64,000 nucleotides of DNA from Rhynchopus sp. YZ270_cl-10. Taxonomy: Eukaryota. Within the stretch, counting starts at the first letter, position 1. Each line of letters opens with the position of its first letter. Under the pieces are notes generated by a model, which saw only the letters and a list, made by a program, of their open reading frames with translations, had not been told where the DNA came from and ran no database searches. Shown one piece after another: positions 1-10,649 of the stretch. Made by a program: the position numbers and the translations under genes. The DNA lies in the NCBI GenBank assembly GCA_964035575.1, contig OZ037839.1, positions 496,001 through 560,000 of the forward strand, in the 5' to 3' direction.

Positions 1-1
1 C

Positions 2-712
2 GATCAGCGCTAGGGAGTTGTCCAGCGCCTCGAAGCATCTTAGGACGCCCTTTTGATACTCGAGCGCGTTATCAAAAGTGGGTAGGGTCGACTCCCTGAA
101 TGCCTTTCCTACCTTTTCCCTGATCTCCTTTCTGATGCGGCTGTTTTGGATGTTTTTCCAGGTTGCAACAACATACGGCGAGAAATCAGCGTCGAGTGCC
201 GTTTGCTGGGACTTCTTGATAAACTCTATAGTTTTCTTGAGACTCTCGTTCTCCTGTTGCAGAAGATCCAAACGTGCAAAAGTGTGCATGAAAAGCTTCT
301 TAGCGGTTTCCGGAATCATTGCGAGGAGCCCTTCCACCGTGTCCTCTGCGTCGTCGTCCTCCTCGTCCTGCTGCTGCTGCTCGATCGGCTTTTCCTTTTT
401 CACCTTCGTTCTTGGCGCACGCCTCCACGCGCACACCGGACACACCCATCTCTCTGTCTTCTTGAGGAAGTCTGTGATCACCCCTTCAGGGATTAGCCCC
501 GTGTTCCGCATGCACGTCTTCGTGCACTGTCTGCCGCAGCCCATGCAGCCAAGGACACCCTTTTTGTGCATGACACCGCACGAAGGAAAAATGCACTCAT
601 CTTCGGTGTCCGGTTCCATTGCATTTGCTTTGGGGACTGGGGGTTTGATCTGGTCCCAAATGACCTTATCCCCCCCCGGCCAGCTATCCCAGGGAACAGC
701 CACAGATGACAT
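2..712 (-). CDS. Partial ORF (runs off window edge): PHD-finger-like Cys-rich domain followed by acidic linker and coiled-coil
   Basis: Manual translation from ATG at 712 (MSSVAVPWDSW...CIFPSC...CMGCGRQCTKTC...WVCPVC...LDLLQQENESLKKTIEFIKK...) is stop-free for 237 codons to the edge. Missing from the ORF track because no stop lies in the window. Confidence 0.7.
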   Translation of the reverse strand, partial: MSSVAVPWDSWPGGDKVIWDQIKPPVPKANAMEPDTEDECIFPSCGVMHKKGVLGCMGCGRQCTKTCMRNTGLIPEGVITDFLKKTERWVCPVCAWRRAPRTKVKKEKPIEQQQQDEEDDDAEDTVEGLLAMIPETAKKLFMHTFARLDLLQQENESLKKTIEFIKKSQQTALDADFSPYVVATWKNIQNSRIRKEIREKVGKAFRESTLPTFDNALEYQKGVLRCFEALDNSLALI

Positions 713-750
713 AGTTTCTTTTTGTTTGTTTGTTTTTTTTTTTTTTTTTT

Positions 751-1280
751 TTCAAACCCCAAAAGTCCCGAAAACCCCGAAAAACCCGCGTCCTGAAGTA
801 CGGTGGAGAGGTGGAGCACAAGGGGGGAAGGGGAAAACGGTAAAACTCATGACAATCGACGAGCGCGTCTTTCATTTCCAGACGTATTGCATACTCGTAC
901 AAAATTGAATGTAAAAGTAGAGACTACAACAAAAAAACAAACAAGAAGCCGCCCCGTACCCCTTAAACGTAAAAGTGACATTTTTGTTGACAAAAAAATA
1001 TATCCGTTTCGCTTGATCAGATCTCGACCGTTTGTTGCATTGCACGCTTCCACCTTTGAAAAAATTGATTGTTTCCAGCACACGCGGACTGTGTCAGTGT
1101 GTGTTGGTATATGATTATTGCCTGAAGTACAGAAAATGGGAGTGTCGGTGGCGGAGCACAAAAGAGGTAAAATGAGAAACACATCGGGTGGGGTCTCTGA
1201 TCTAATCTGTGCGACGAATATATTTCCCCTAACACGCCATGTTTGGCCAGGGCCTCTCCAGCGCGTCAGTTGCAGAAGAA
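751..1280. repeat. Dispersed modular repeat (modules A ~751-905, B ~995-1053, C ~1054-1280)
   Basis: A recurs at ~29325-29339 + 30321-30465 and diverged at ~63590-63706. B recurs at ~29111-29171 and ~61688-61747. C recurs at ~61752-61848 + 63438-63570. Confidence 0.9.
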
Positions 1281-1859
1281 AAATAGCTAAAAAATAGCGG
1301 ACATGTCGAAAAGGGAGAAAACCGGGGGGTTAAAAACATACCTTGTACTCGGCCCACTCTCCAGGTACAAAGAACATCACTGCACGACAAACCCACTACT
1401 ACGATAGAAAATAACTATTTTTTACCGAACAGAAAGGTCGTTTTATTGATGAGTGTTTTCTGAGTGCACACTCAGTGGGGACAAAATGCAACACTTACCG
1501 AAAAAATTCTCCAATCGGACAAAAACCTTTCTAAACACCCAAAAAAAAACACCTCAGTCCACATCCGCTGGGGTCGCGAGATGGAAATATATGGTTTTAC
1601 AGCTTTTAGGGGGTCTAGCGTGGGTCCCAGATGCATTTTGCAACGGGTCTGTGTGTGCCTCAACCGCTTCACAGTACCCTTTTTTGTAACTGAAAACGAC
1701 GCATCCTGTACCTAAGTGCACTGAAGCCTTGCTTGCGTCCTCCTTCGTGGTTTTGGGCGTTCGCACGCGAGAATCATTATCGCATTCTCACATGTAATTC
1801 TCGCATCACGGAGAGGATTTTAGCGTCACGTGACCACAAAAAAAGTGCACAGAATTAGT

Positions 1860-2500
1860 TTGGTCAAAAATCACCTTGCACTTGTGAAGGAATTGCTAAG
1901 GAAATGTGAAATATGCGTGTTTGGTACACAAAAGTGCGTTTTGGGTGGTTCTGAAGGGTCAAAACACCAAAAAAATGCGTTTTTTTGCATTTTTGGTCAC
2001 CCAAGGACCCACTATTTTGGTTGATATTTTTTTTTTCCCTTTGCGAAAAAATACCCAAAAATCACGGCTATAAAAACGCTAAGGAAAAATCGATATTCAT
2101 TTTTTGGGCAGAGAAGTGCGTTTTAGGCGCCCACAGATGGTCAAAACATCAAATTTTTTGTGTTTTTGGCATCTTTGGACACCCAAGGACCCACTGTCAG
2201 GGGTGAATTTTTTTTGCCTGAGATTTGCCTTTGCCAAAAATCGAAAAAAAAAATTATGAAGGAAATTGCTAAGAAAAAGTCGAAATTGTGGGCCCCTGTA
2301 GTGCATATGGCGGTACCCCAGATCGTCAAAACACCCGACTCTTGCGTTTTTTTGCACTTTTTGGTGCACAAAAACCCTACTCAGGGGTCAAAATTTTCCC
2401 GGAAAAAAAAATTTTTTTTTCGAGATTTTTCAAAAATCGACTTGTCTTTGGTAAAAACCACGAAATTTCGGGTTCGCAAAACCACGTTTTAGACCCCCAC
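1860..2500 (-). mobile_element. Inverted internal fragment of the GGGGGGTCCG-TIR element family
   Basis: Reverse complement aligns by eye with ~62330-62920 inside the 61849-63437 element; no clear termini found. Confidence 0.7.
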
Positions 2501-2639
2501 AGATGCTCAAAAGTGCCAAATTTTGCTTTAAATGGCCTCAAATCGTCGAAATTAGCCCTATATAGGGGCGAAAAAAAAAATTCGAGAGTCCCTTTCCCTG
2601 GGAGACAATAGCCAGAAATCTGAGAAAAAAAAAAAAACT

Positions 2640-2812
2640 GGCCAGATTTCCAGATCTGGCCAGATCTGGGGGGGTTTTTTTTTTTTTTGAAAAAAAAAAT
2701 TTCCCAGATTCCCAGATCTGGCCAGATCTGGCCAGATCTGGAAACAAGATCTCCACATCTGGAAAACGAGCCAGATCTGGGGAATTGGCCCCCAAATCTG
2801 GCCAGATCTGGC
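2640..2812. repeat. Short degenerate tandem repeat (GCCAGATCTG-like)
   Basis: Repeated ccagatctgg/ccagatttcc motifs. Confidence 0.8.
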
Positions 2813-3052
2813 AGCATCCGTGATCTAAGCATCTAAGGACCGGAAATCGACCAAAAGAGATAAAGAGATAACGCTGTACACTTTCGTCAAATTTTGAACG
2901 TTTTTTTTTGAAAACTTGGTTGTATTAGTGTAGACACCCGAGGATGAACTCCAATATATTGGTTTTTTTTTTTTTTTTGAAAACTTGGTTGTATTAGTGT
3001 AGCCACCCTAGAGTGTGCTCCACTATTTTTTTTTTTGAAGTCCGCTCACGGG

Positions 3053-3210
3053 CAGTAATGTATATTGGGGTAGTGGTGGTGCAGTAAAGGGGGAAATATG
3101 TGGGAAACCCCCCTTTTTTGGTTTTTCGCGTGGTTGTGTGCAGGGTTTTATATAGCCAGCACCCACCAAAACGGTGGTTTTGTGTGAGGCAGTCATTGTT
3201 TTTGTGTGTG
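3053..3210. repeat. Dispersed ~155-bp repeat; inverted copy at ~33508-33660
   Basis: cagtaatgtatattgggg...gtcattgtttttgtgtg matches the reverse complement of 33508-33660 with few differences. Confidence 0.85.
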
Positions 3211-3768
3211 GAAAACTAGTGTCCTATCCAGGAATCCAGATTTCAAGATCGGGGTCAGCTTGTTTTTTTGCCCAAAAATTCAGCACTGCTGACAAAGGAA
3301 GACATTGGGAGCTGTAGTTTTTTTTGCGGAGCAAAAAAAACAAGATAAAATGGCGCCGCAGGCGAAAAAAATTCATGGTACGGTGACTCGTGGTGTAAAA
3401 AGCTAGCTTTTTACACCACGAGTCACTCAAAGAACCCCTTTTTGCGGAATCCCGACTCGTTTTTTAGGCTTCTTGACGACCGTGCTCTTCATGGTGGGGT
3501 CGCGTTGCTCTGTAGTCCCTTCGGGACCCCTCTTAGAGCCCTGTAAGGTAAGGTAAAAATTGCAAAAAATCCCGAAATTCTATAGTTTTTTTTTTTTTTT
3601 TCGGTTTTTTGTGGGATTTGGTCCCACATACAGATACCTATATACATCACTGCTCACGGGTTTATGAATGGCTACGTATATTATTACTATATTTTTAAAG
3701 TACGACCAAGATCGAGACTTTCTACATTCAGAAAAATGACCACAAAAATGAAGAAAATGTGCCATACT

Positions 3769-4714
3769 TGGTGCTATCCGGGGAGCGGCGTTTTGCAAAG
3801 TTTCACAAAGTTTCACAAAATGTCACAAAATTTCAATCCTATGCACAACGTGTCGCAACGTTTCACAACGCTTCACAACTTTTCACAACTATGTACACAC
3901 ACCGTTGTGAAAAGTTGTGAAGAGTTGTGATTTTGATTGAAATTTTGTGAAAAGTTGTGATTTGGATTGAAAATTGTGAAAAGTTGTGAAAGTTGTGAAT
4001 ATTTGTGAGAAGTTGTGATTTTGATTGAAATTTTGCGAAACTTTGTGAAAAGTTGTGATTTTGGTTGAAATTTTGTAAAAAGTTGTGAAAAGTTGTGAAG
4101 AGTTGTGATTTTGATTGAAATTTTGCGAAACTTTGTGAAAAGTTGTGATTTTGGTTGAAATTTTGTAAAAAGTTGTGAAAAGTTGTGAAGAGTTGTGATT
4201 TTGATTGAAAATTGTGAAAAGTTGTGAAAATTGTGAAAAGTTGTGAAAGCTGTGAAAAGTTGTGAAAAGTTGTGATTTTGATTGAAATTTTGCGAAACTT
4301 TGTGCAAAGTTGTGATTTGGATTGAAATTTTGTGAAAAATTGTGAAAAGTTGTGCTTTTAATTGAAACTTTGTGACAAGGTGTGAAAGTTGTGAAAAGTT
4401 GTGAAAGCTGTGAAAAGTTGTGAAAAGTTGTGATTTTGATTGAAATTTTGCGAAACTTTGTGCAAAGTTGTGATTTGGATTGAAATTTTGTGAAAAGTTG
4501 TGATTTTGATTGAAATTTCGTGAAATTTTGTGAAAAATTGTGAAAAGTTGTGATTTTAATTGAAATTTGTGAAAAGTTGTGCTTTTAATTGAAATTTTGT
4601 GACAAGGTGTGAAAGTTGTGAAAAGTTGTGAAAGCTGTGAAAAGTTGTGAAAAGTTGTGATTTTGATTGAAATTTTGTGAAACTTTGCAAAACGCCGCCC
4701 CCCGGATAGCACCA
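3769..4714. mobile_element. Foldback/MITE-like non-autonomous element with ~41-bp TIRs and internal (AAAAGTTGTG)n-type satellite
   Basis: tggtgctatccgggagcggcgttttgcaaagtttcacaaa at 3769 is inverted at 4714. CATAC lies one base outside each end (3763-3767, 4716-4720). Internal repeats switch orientation at ~3900. Confidence 0.8.
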
Positions 4715-4992
4715 TCATACACATTTATGCACGAAGCCCCCTCTCTACGGGAATGAGAGGAGCGAGAAAGAGCACAATGAACAAGAATGCGTCTCGTGTT
4801 GTGAGGGGGGTTGCTGTGTTCAAGGAAAGCTTCAATAATGCAGGCAATTAGAATCTCAGCAAACAAAAAAGCACGGCGAGTGCACTACACTCTGTGCACT
4901 CTTGCCGCCCTTATAAGAGAAAAAACCGTTTTAACCCAGCAATATCCCAAAAAAAGCCCTGATTTCAAAACATTCTAATGCAAAGCTAACAT

Positions 4993-7884
4993 CTAAAACC
5001 CATTCTCCAATCGCTCTTCCACGACCGTCATCTCCACCGAGATTAAGTCTTCATGGAAAGGTTCAAGGAAGGCGTGGTTGGTGGGGTCCATTTCTAGGGA
5101 CTGCATCGCGCGCCGTTGTGCCATCCAGTACAGACACCCCGCGCAGACAACACACACAAGCACCGCAGACAGCGCGAGGATCACAAACAGATAGCCCTCC
5201 TTCTCTGTGTCCGCACTGTCCGACTCAGAACTGCCACTCCCGTGCAGCGGGATGTATGGCGGGGCTGGTGTTCTTGGTGGTGGTGCGATTGGCGGCGCAC
5301 GCGTCGGGGTCACCCCTGGCGTCACCGCGGTGGGGAGCGGGGTGGACACGAACCCTTCTGGTCCTCGGGTCACAGGATTGGGCACGTTTGTGTAGGTGAA
5401 GGGCTTTGCACGGAATAGAATGTCTGAGGCATTGCCATCCCGGGTTTCGTCTGCGTAGGAGACAAGCATGTTGGTGACCCTCCCCGCATCTCTTGTCGCA
5501 AAGGCATCGGCGTACCACTGATTGGCAGTTGCGACTGCAGCAACGTCGGTCTGGTCTATCACTGCCCCGGCCTCGTTGAACATAAGCCCTGTCAGTATCC
5601 ATTTCTGGTCGCCCACGGTGCCTGAGTTGAAGACCATACGGAAGAAGCCGTTCTCTGCGGCAACGACCTTTGGGTTGCGCGAGAAGTCGCCTATCGGTCC
5701 GATGTGCACCCCGTAGCTGTCGACACCGCCAAGAAGCGGCTGCCCCGTGGAGGTGTACTCCTGTATGCGCACCACAGCTTCCGCACCCAGAATGCACTCC
5801 CAAGCAATGAGAATGTTCCCGGTGTCGGGGAACACCGAAATAGACGACGCATAGTAGTGGTCAAATATCCCGTACATATGCACCACCGCGCCGTTCGCGT
5901 GAAACCCATCGCTGTTCGTCCCGACCGAGTACTGGCTCCACTGCAATTTGGTCGCTTCCGGGTGGAACGGCGAAAAGCTGATGTACAAAACATAAACGCG
6001 CTGCCCGTGACACACCACACCACGGACCCGAGCATCCACACCGTCCGTGGAGATCTGGGTGATGGTGCTGCCGTTGATGACCTGCATCACCACGGAGTTG
6101 CCGTTCTGCCATGCCATGACTGTGCGTCCGTCTCCCAGACCGCACAGCGCAGGGTGGGTTTGGTTCTTCCCTTTCAGTGCCGGGGTGGTGTCGCCGGACA
6201 CAACCTGGCTGGGCCCCATGGTTCCATAGTTGGACACTGTACGGAGGTGGATTTCCCTGAGATCTGTTGCGTTGTTGTGAACATCCCAGGCTGCTACGAA
6301 GCCGTCGAGAACCTCCCCTGTTCTGTTCAACGCCGACACTGCGGGACGTACTGCGGATTCAAACACACCCGACTGTGCCTCAAAATCATTCAACTGCACA
6401 ACCTTTGGTGTGCCCGGAGCTGACGCACCCGCTGCGAGATATGGGTAGGTGTTCGCGTACACGGAGTTGTACTGCTCTCCGGTTTCGTACACCACCACAA
6501 GGGCAAATCCACCACTGGTGAGGCCAACACCTGCGGAGGTGGAGTTGAAGACCCGCGGCCTTTCGGTGGGGACGGGGGTGTCGCGGATGGGCACATTCGT
6601 TTCTGGCGACGTTGTTACGGCTGTGGCGTTGAACGCTGCCACGTTGAAGCACTTTGCGAAGCGTGGTGCACCGTACGTGTGGTCTGGATAGCACTGCTTC
6701 ACGCCTCCACCGGGCACTGCGGCGGAGGCGACCACAAACTCGCCCGCAGGGACAGACAGAGGGTTCAGTGTGACGCTCGCCAACCCTGTAACCCATCTCC
6801 ACGTGGTGTTCTGCAACAGCTCTGCCTCCATAGGCGCAAAGAACACCGTCACCACAGACACGCCACCATCCCTCTTAGCCGTAAAGGACAACGCTGCCTG
6901 CTCATTGCTCAACTCAGTAAACGTAATAGGCGCGTCGACGTCGACAGCAAACCCCAAGGAATGTGCGGCACCCACACACCCCGACGCATGCTCCGGCGTG
7001 CTTTGCGAGCACACCAACGCAAGACTGTTGCCCCGGTACATACCAAACAGAACCGCATCCTCCAAGCCACCCACCGCAGGGCACGTTGCCTTGGGGACAA
7101 GCATTTCCTTGAAAGTCGTGTCGTAGGGCGACGTCACACCTGCATGGTGCACATGAACAAAAACCTGCGCCATCGGAGCACCGTCGGATTCGCAGGCAAT
7201 GACGTAGTGCACATCGATGTCGAAGGAGAACTGTGTGGAGACGTTCCGCCCTGCCACAGCACAGGCACGGCAGCTGTCGTACAGCGAAAACGCGTCTTCG
7301 GAGAAATCCGCAGTCGCCTCGACCCCAGTCTTCGCGGACAGGTCGGTCTGGTTTACAAGGTACGTCCTCGAGACAGAGACGGTAGCGTTGGACGAGGCAC
7401 GCACAGTGTCGTTTCCGTGGTACGAAGCGGTCCACGCAATGTAAATGTAGTTGTCATTTCCGAAAAGATAGGGCTCCATGTTGAACGTGGAGTCTGAGTC
7501 GGAGACGACGGTCTCGTCTAAAGAAACCCCGAGACGGGTGGACACACTCACAGCTCTCGCCACGATGCTTGACTTGACCCCAGGGTACGTCTGCTGCCAC
7601 ACAGCCAGGAATCCGCCGTTTGTCCTGATAATTGCGGGGGAGGAGAGGATGGGAGCTGTGTCCGGGTTTGAGGGCACTTTGTTCACCATAAATATAAAGG
7701 TACGTCCGTTAACGCCGACCTGGCACTGGCACTCCACATAGTTGCTGTTGTTTGCTACATACAGCGCCGCACGGCCGCCTCCGTCAAGCACAGCAACACT
7801 TGTGTCACGAAACGAAGTGCCACTGCACAGCGCTGCAAGCGACAGCACCGCGCACACCACACCAGGCCTCAACAACGGGCCCAT
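4993..7884 (-). CDS. Type I membrane surface protein: signal peptide, beta-rich repeat ectodomain, Pro/Thr stalk, C-terminal TM
   Basis: 997-aa ORF. Likely start MGPLLRPGVVCAVLSLAALC (ATG 7884). TM segment YLFVILALSAVLVCVVCAGCLYW. Many N-X-S/T sites. GC-rich coding composition. Confidence 0.85.
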   Translation of the reverse strand: MGPLLRPGVVCAVLSLAALCSGTSFRDTSVAVLDGGGRAALYVANNSNYVECQCQVGVNGRTFIFMVNKVPSNPDTAPILSSPAIIRTNGGFLAVWQQTYPGVKSSIVARAVSVSTRLGVSLDETVVSDSDSTFNMEPYLFGNDNYIYIAWTASYHGNDTVRASSNATVSVSRTYLVNQTDLSAKTGVEATADFSEDAFSLYDSCRACAVAGRNVSTQFSFDIDVHYVIACESDGAPMAQVFVHVHHAGVTSPYDTTFKEMLVPKATCPAVGGLEDAVLFGMYRGNSLALVCSQSTPEHASGCVGAAHSLGFAVDVDAPITFTELSNEQAALSFTAKRDGGVSVVTVFFAPMEAELLQNTTWRWVTGLASVTLNPLSVPAGEFVVASAAVPGGGVKQCYPDHTYGAPRFAKCFNVAAFNATAVTTSPETNVPIRDTPVPTERPRVFNSTSAGVGLTSGGFALVVVYETGEQYNSVYANTYPYLAAGASAPGTPKVVQLNDFEAQSGVFESAVRPAVSALNRTGEVLDGFVAAWDVHNNATDLREIHLRTVSNYGTMGPSQVVSGDTTPALKGKNQTHPALCGLGDGRTVMAWQNGNSVVMQVINGSTITQISTDGVDARVRGVVCHGQRVYVLYISFSPFHPEATKLQWSQYSVGTNSDGFHANGAVVHMYGIFDHYYASSISVFPDTGNILIAWECILGAEAVVRIQEYTSTGQPLLGGVDSYGVHIGPIGDFSRNPKVVAAENGFFRMVFNSGTVGDQKWILTGLMFNEAGAVIDQTDVAAVATANQWYADAFATRDAGRVTNMLVSYADETRDGNASDILFRAKPFTYTNVPNPVTRGPEGFVSTPLPTAVTPGVTPTRAPPIAPPPRTPAPPYIPLHGSGSSESDSADTEKEGYLFVILALSAVLVCVVCAGCLYWMAQRRAMQSLEMDPTNHAFLEPFHEDLISVEMTVVEERLENGF

Positions 7885-8492
7885 CGGATGGTTTTCCTTG
7901 TTGGGTTTTATAAAGGGGACTACGGGAGTTTCTGGGGAGGAGAAAAAATTGAATGAAGATAAGATTCTTTGCCGGCTGCCGCACACCTTTGAGACCAGCG
8001 CCTACGGTTGCCCTTACAGGGGGGTGAAGGAAGGTAAGTTGAAAAACGGGATAAAAGAAACACGCTGAAGGCGGGTATGGAGCGAAGTGGAAAAACACTG
8101 TGCCATTCTGCTGCAGTTGCGAGCCCATCCAGCAACGTGCTGGGGGGCATTATTATTTTCGTCCGACATGGTGTTATTGGGGCTTGGGGTATACCCCGAG
8201 AAGGGCCCGATAAGAACATTTTTTGAGGAAATCACACCACAAAAATACTAAAAGTTCTGGTAAAGTACTAAACGCAATACATTTTTTTCTAGGTTTGCGA
8301 AGAAGACGAGACCTGATCGAAATCAGATGCTAGGATAGGATTTCCTCATTCGTTGTAAAAGAAGTTGACTTGAACACAAAGCACTAGTGACACTTGCACC
8401 CTTCGGTACAAATGACAGACCCCCCCCGCCCCCACCCCCGCCCAACCATGCAGTCCTACACTCCATTTGGTGACATCAGAAACAGAGAGACG

Positions 8493-9770
8493 CTACTGAA
8501 CTACCTCCATCTCCCTCGCATCGATCATGTGCGCATCACGCAGATACGGCCCACCACTTTGTGTGCTGTCGTACGAAACGCTGGAAGTGAACGTCTGTCC
8601 TTGGCGTGCCGTGCGTGCAAGCTTCCTTTTCCTGCCCCCTGCCGTGATGAAGAGCCCTGCAGCGAGGAAGAAGAACGTCACAGATGCCAACCCCATCACA
8701 TACAGCGCACCGTAGGATACCCTGGAAGCAGCACCACGACACGCTTTCGGGATACCACATACAACCACACCACCGTCAACTGTCACAACCAACCCATCCA
8801 CCACAGTGAACACACCAGAAGCCACAACGCTACCACGCACTGAGAGAGTCTTTGCGGAGCCATTCAGTACGTACTCCGTTACGACACCTTGCGACGCAAT
8901 GAAGAGAGCACCATCGATGAGGACAGAGGAGCTGGACGGTGCACGCTTGATGGTACTGTGGAATATTAAACTGCTGTCGTAAACGGTGACACTACTTTGC
9001 GAGACAGCGAGCAACGTGCCGGAGGAAGCGTGCAATCCGTTCGCGAGCACCGCCGATGACAGCATTTCGTTTCGCATCAAAACAACCGGACGGCTCGGGT
9101 CACCAACATCCACCGCCACCGCAGCCAGCCCTACAACAATATACACCCTCTCACCCTCCCCCGCAATCGCAAGACCACCAGACACCACCTCCAGCACTGT
9201 CCTCCCCATCTCCCCCAAATCTTCCCCTAATACACGGAATATCACTTCGTCTCCGAGGCATACTTCGTAAATATGCTTTAAAAACGTCCAGACACATTCC
9301 TTTCCGATCTCCACTGTACGCAGACGTGGTGTATCTATGTCAACAGAAAGCAGACTACCCCCTTCACATTCCATCACAGCTACACCTCCACGAACCGTGA
9401 GATGCTCTCCACAACCATTCGGGACATGAAAGGAGAAGGTGGGTGTGGAGGTGCCGCTTATGTTAACGGAGTAGAAGGCATCTGAAGCGGCCACATGGAT
9501 GACACCACATCCTTCACCGGGTGTTATAGCCTGGGGTATCGCATCCATAGGAAATGAACGGGTGTTGACAAAGGCCACCCCTTCTGTGCTGCAGACCATA
9601 TCCCCCAGAGGAGCATACGATGCAGTGCCGTCCGTAGACAAACCCCCCGAGGCACTCATAACGTGAAATGATATGAAAAGAAATGTTGACTTAAAATACA
9701 GCCCGCTCGTGGCAGAGTAGCTTGGTTCATGAGCGGGGTAGCTGGAGTGACAATCTATGACCCATCTCAT
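8493..9770 (-). CDS. Beta-propeller-like (LVIVD-like motif) single-pass membrane protein; true start uncertain (possibly ATG 9659)
   Basis: 425-aa ORF; VYIVVGLAAVAVDVGDPSRPVVL motif; C-terminal TM ALYVMGLASVTFFFLAAGLFIT followed by basic RKRK. Confidence 0.65.
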   Translation of the reverse strand: MRWVIDCHSSYPAHEPSYSATSGLYFKSTFLFISFHVMSASGGLSTDGTASYAPLGDMVCSTEGVAFVNTRSFPMDAIPQAITPGEGCGVIHVAASDAFYSVNISGTSTPTFSFHVPNGCGEHLTVRGGVAVMECEGGSLLSVDIDTPRLRTVEIGKECVWTFLKHIYEVCLGDEVIFRVLGEDLGEMGRTVLEVVSGGLAIAGEGERVYIVVGLAAVAVDVGDPSRPVVLMRNEMLSSAVLANGLHASSGTLLAVSQSSVTVYDSSLIFHSTIKRAPSSSSVLIDGALFIASQGVVTEYVLNGSAKTLSVRGSVVASGVFTVVDGLVVTVDGGVVVCGIPKACRGAASRVSYGALYVMGLASVTFFFLAAGLFITAGGRKRKLARTARQGQTFTSSVSYDSTQSGGPYLRDAHMIDAREMEVVQ

Positions 9771-10649
9771 TTGAAGGTTAAGGTATTATGTTCAATCGAA
9801 AGATGGGGTTTATCGAAAGAAGAAATAACTCCTTTGTTTTGGGGTTTTTAGACAAAAGCCCCTCCTACTAAAAAAGGAAAATTGAAATTGTTCAGATTGA
9901 AGAGAAAGAAAACCTCTAATAGGTCTAAGGGGGGTCCGGCGAATATAGGTCCAGTCCCGTCCAGTCCGGTCAATATCGGTTTTTTTTCCAGGCTTGGAAA
10001 AGTAGTTGTCCAAAAAATTTTTTTCAAAAAAAAAAAAAAATTTTTTTTTTTGACAACTACTTTTTCAAGCCTGAAAAAATTTTTTTTTTGGGCTGACCTT
10101 GGGACCTTGTGTACCGAAAAATTCAAAAAACGGCAAAATTTTGATGTTTTGAGCATCTGTGGGTGAATCATATGCACTGCTACAGTGGCCTATTATTGGG
10201 TGTTTTCCTTAGCAAATTCCTTCACAAAACTCATTTTTGATTTTGGCAAAGGCAAATTTCAGGCCAAAAAAAATCGCCGGGGGGCTTCGCCCCCCGAACC
10301 CCCCATTGGGGGGCTTTGCCCCCCAAACCCCCCACTGGGGGGCGTAAAGCATACGCCCCCCAGACCCCCCTATGCAAATTGGGGGCCTGCGGCGCAGTTC
10401 GGAACTCTAGTGTTTACCTAACCGGCCGGTCTGCACAATGATGCCGGGAAGGGATACGACGCGCGAGCGACTCCCTGACTCCCTTTTTTCTGGATGTGTT
10501 GCTGCGGGTTTACGGGTTTGTGAGTGTATTGATGTGTTTGTTCACAGGTGCCAACCGGTTTTATCGCAGGGTCGCGAGTGCACGCGATAACGTGCCGCGA
10601 ACTGCGTGTGTGAGAGATGCTGCACAGCACGCACACTCCATTTGTACCG

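Noticed and set aside
78..908. 276-aa plus-strand ORF
   Set aside because: Antisense shadow of the minus-strand PHD-like ORF, running into a T tract and repeat DNA.
3873..4724. 283-aa minus-strand ORF
   Set aside because: Translation of satellite DNA inside a foldback element.
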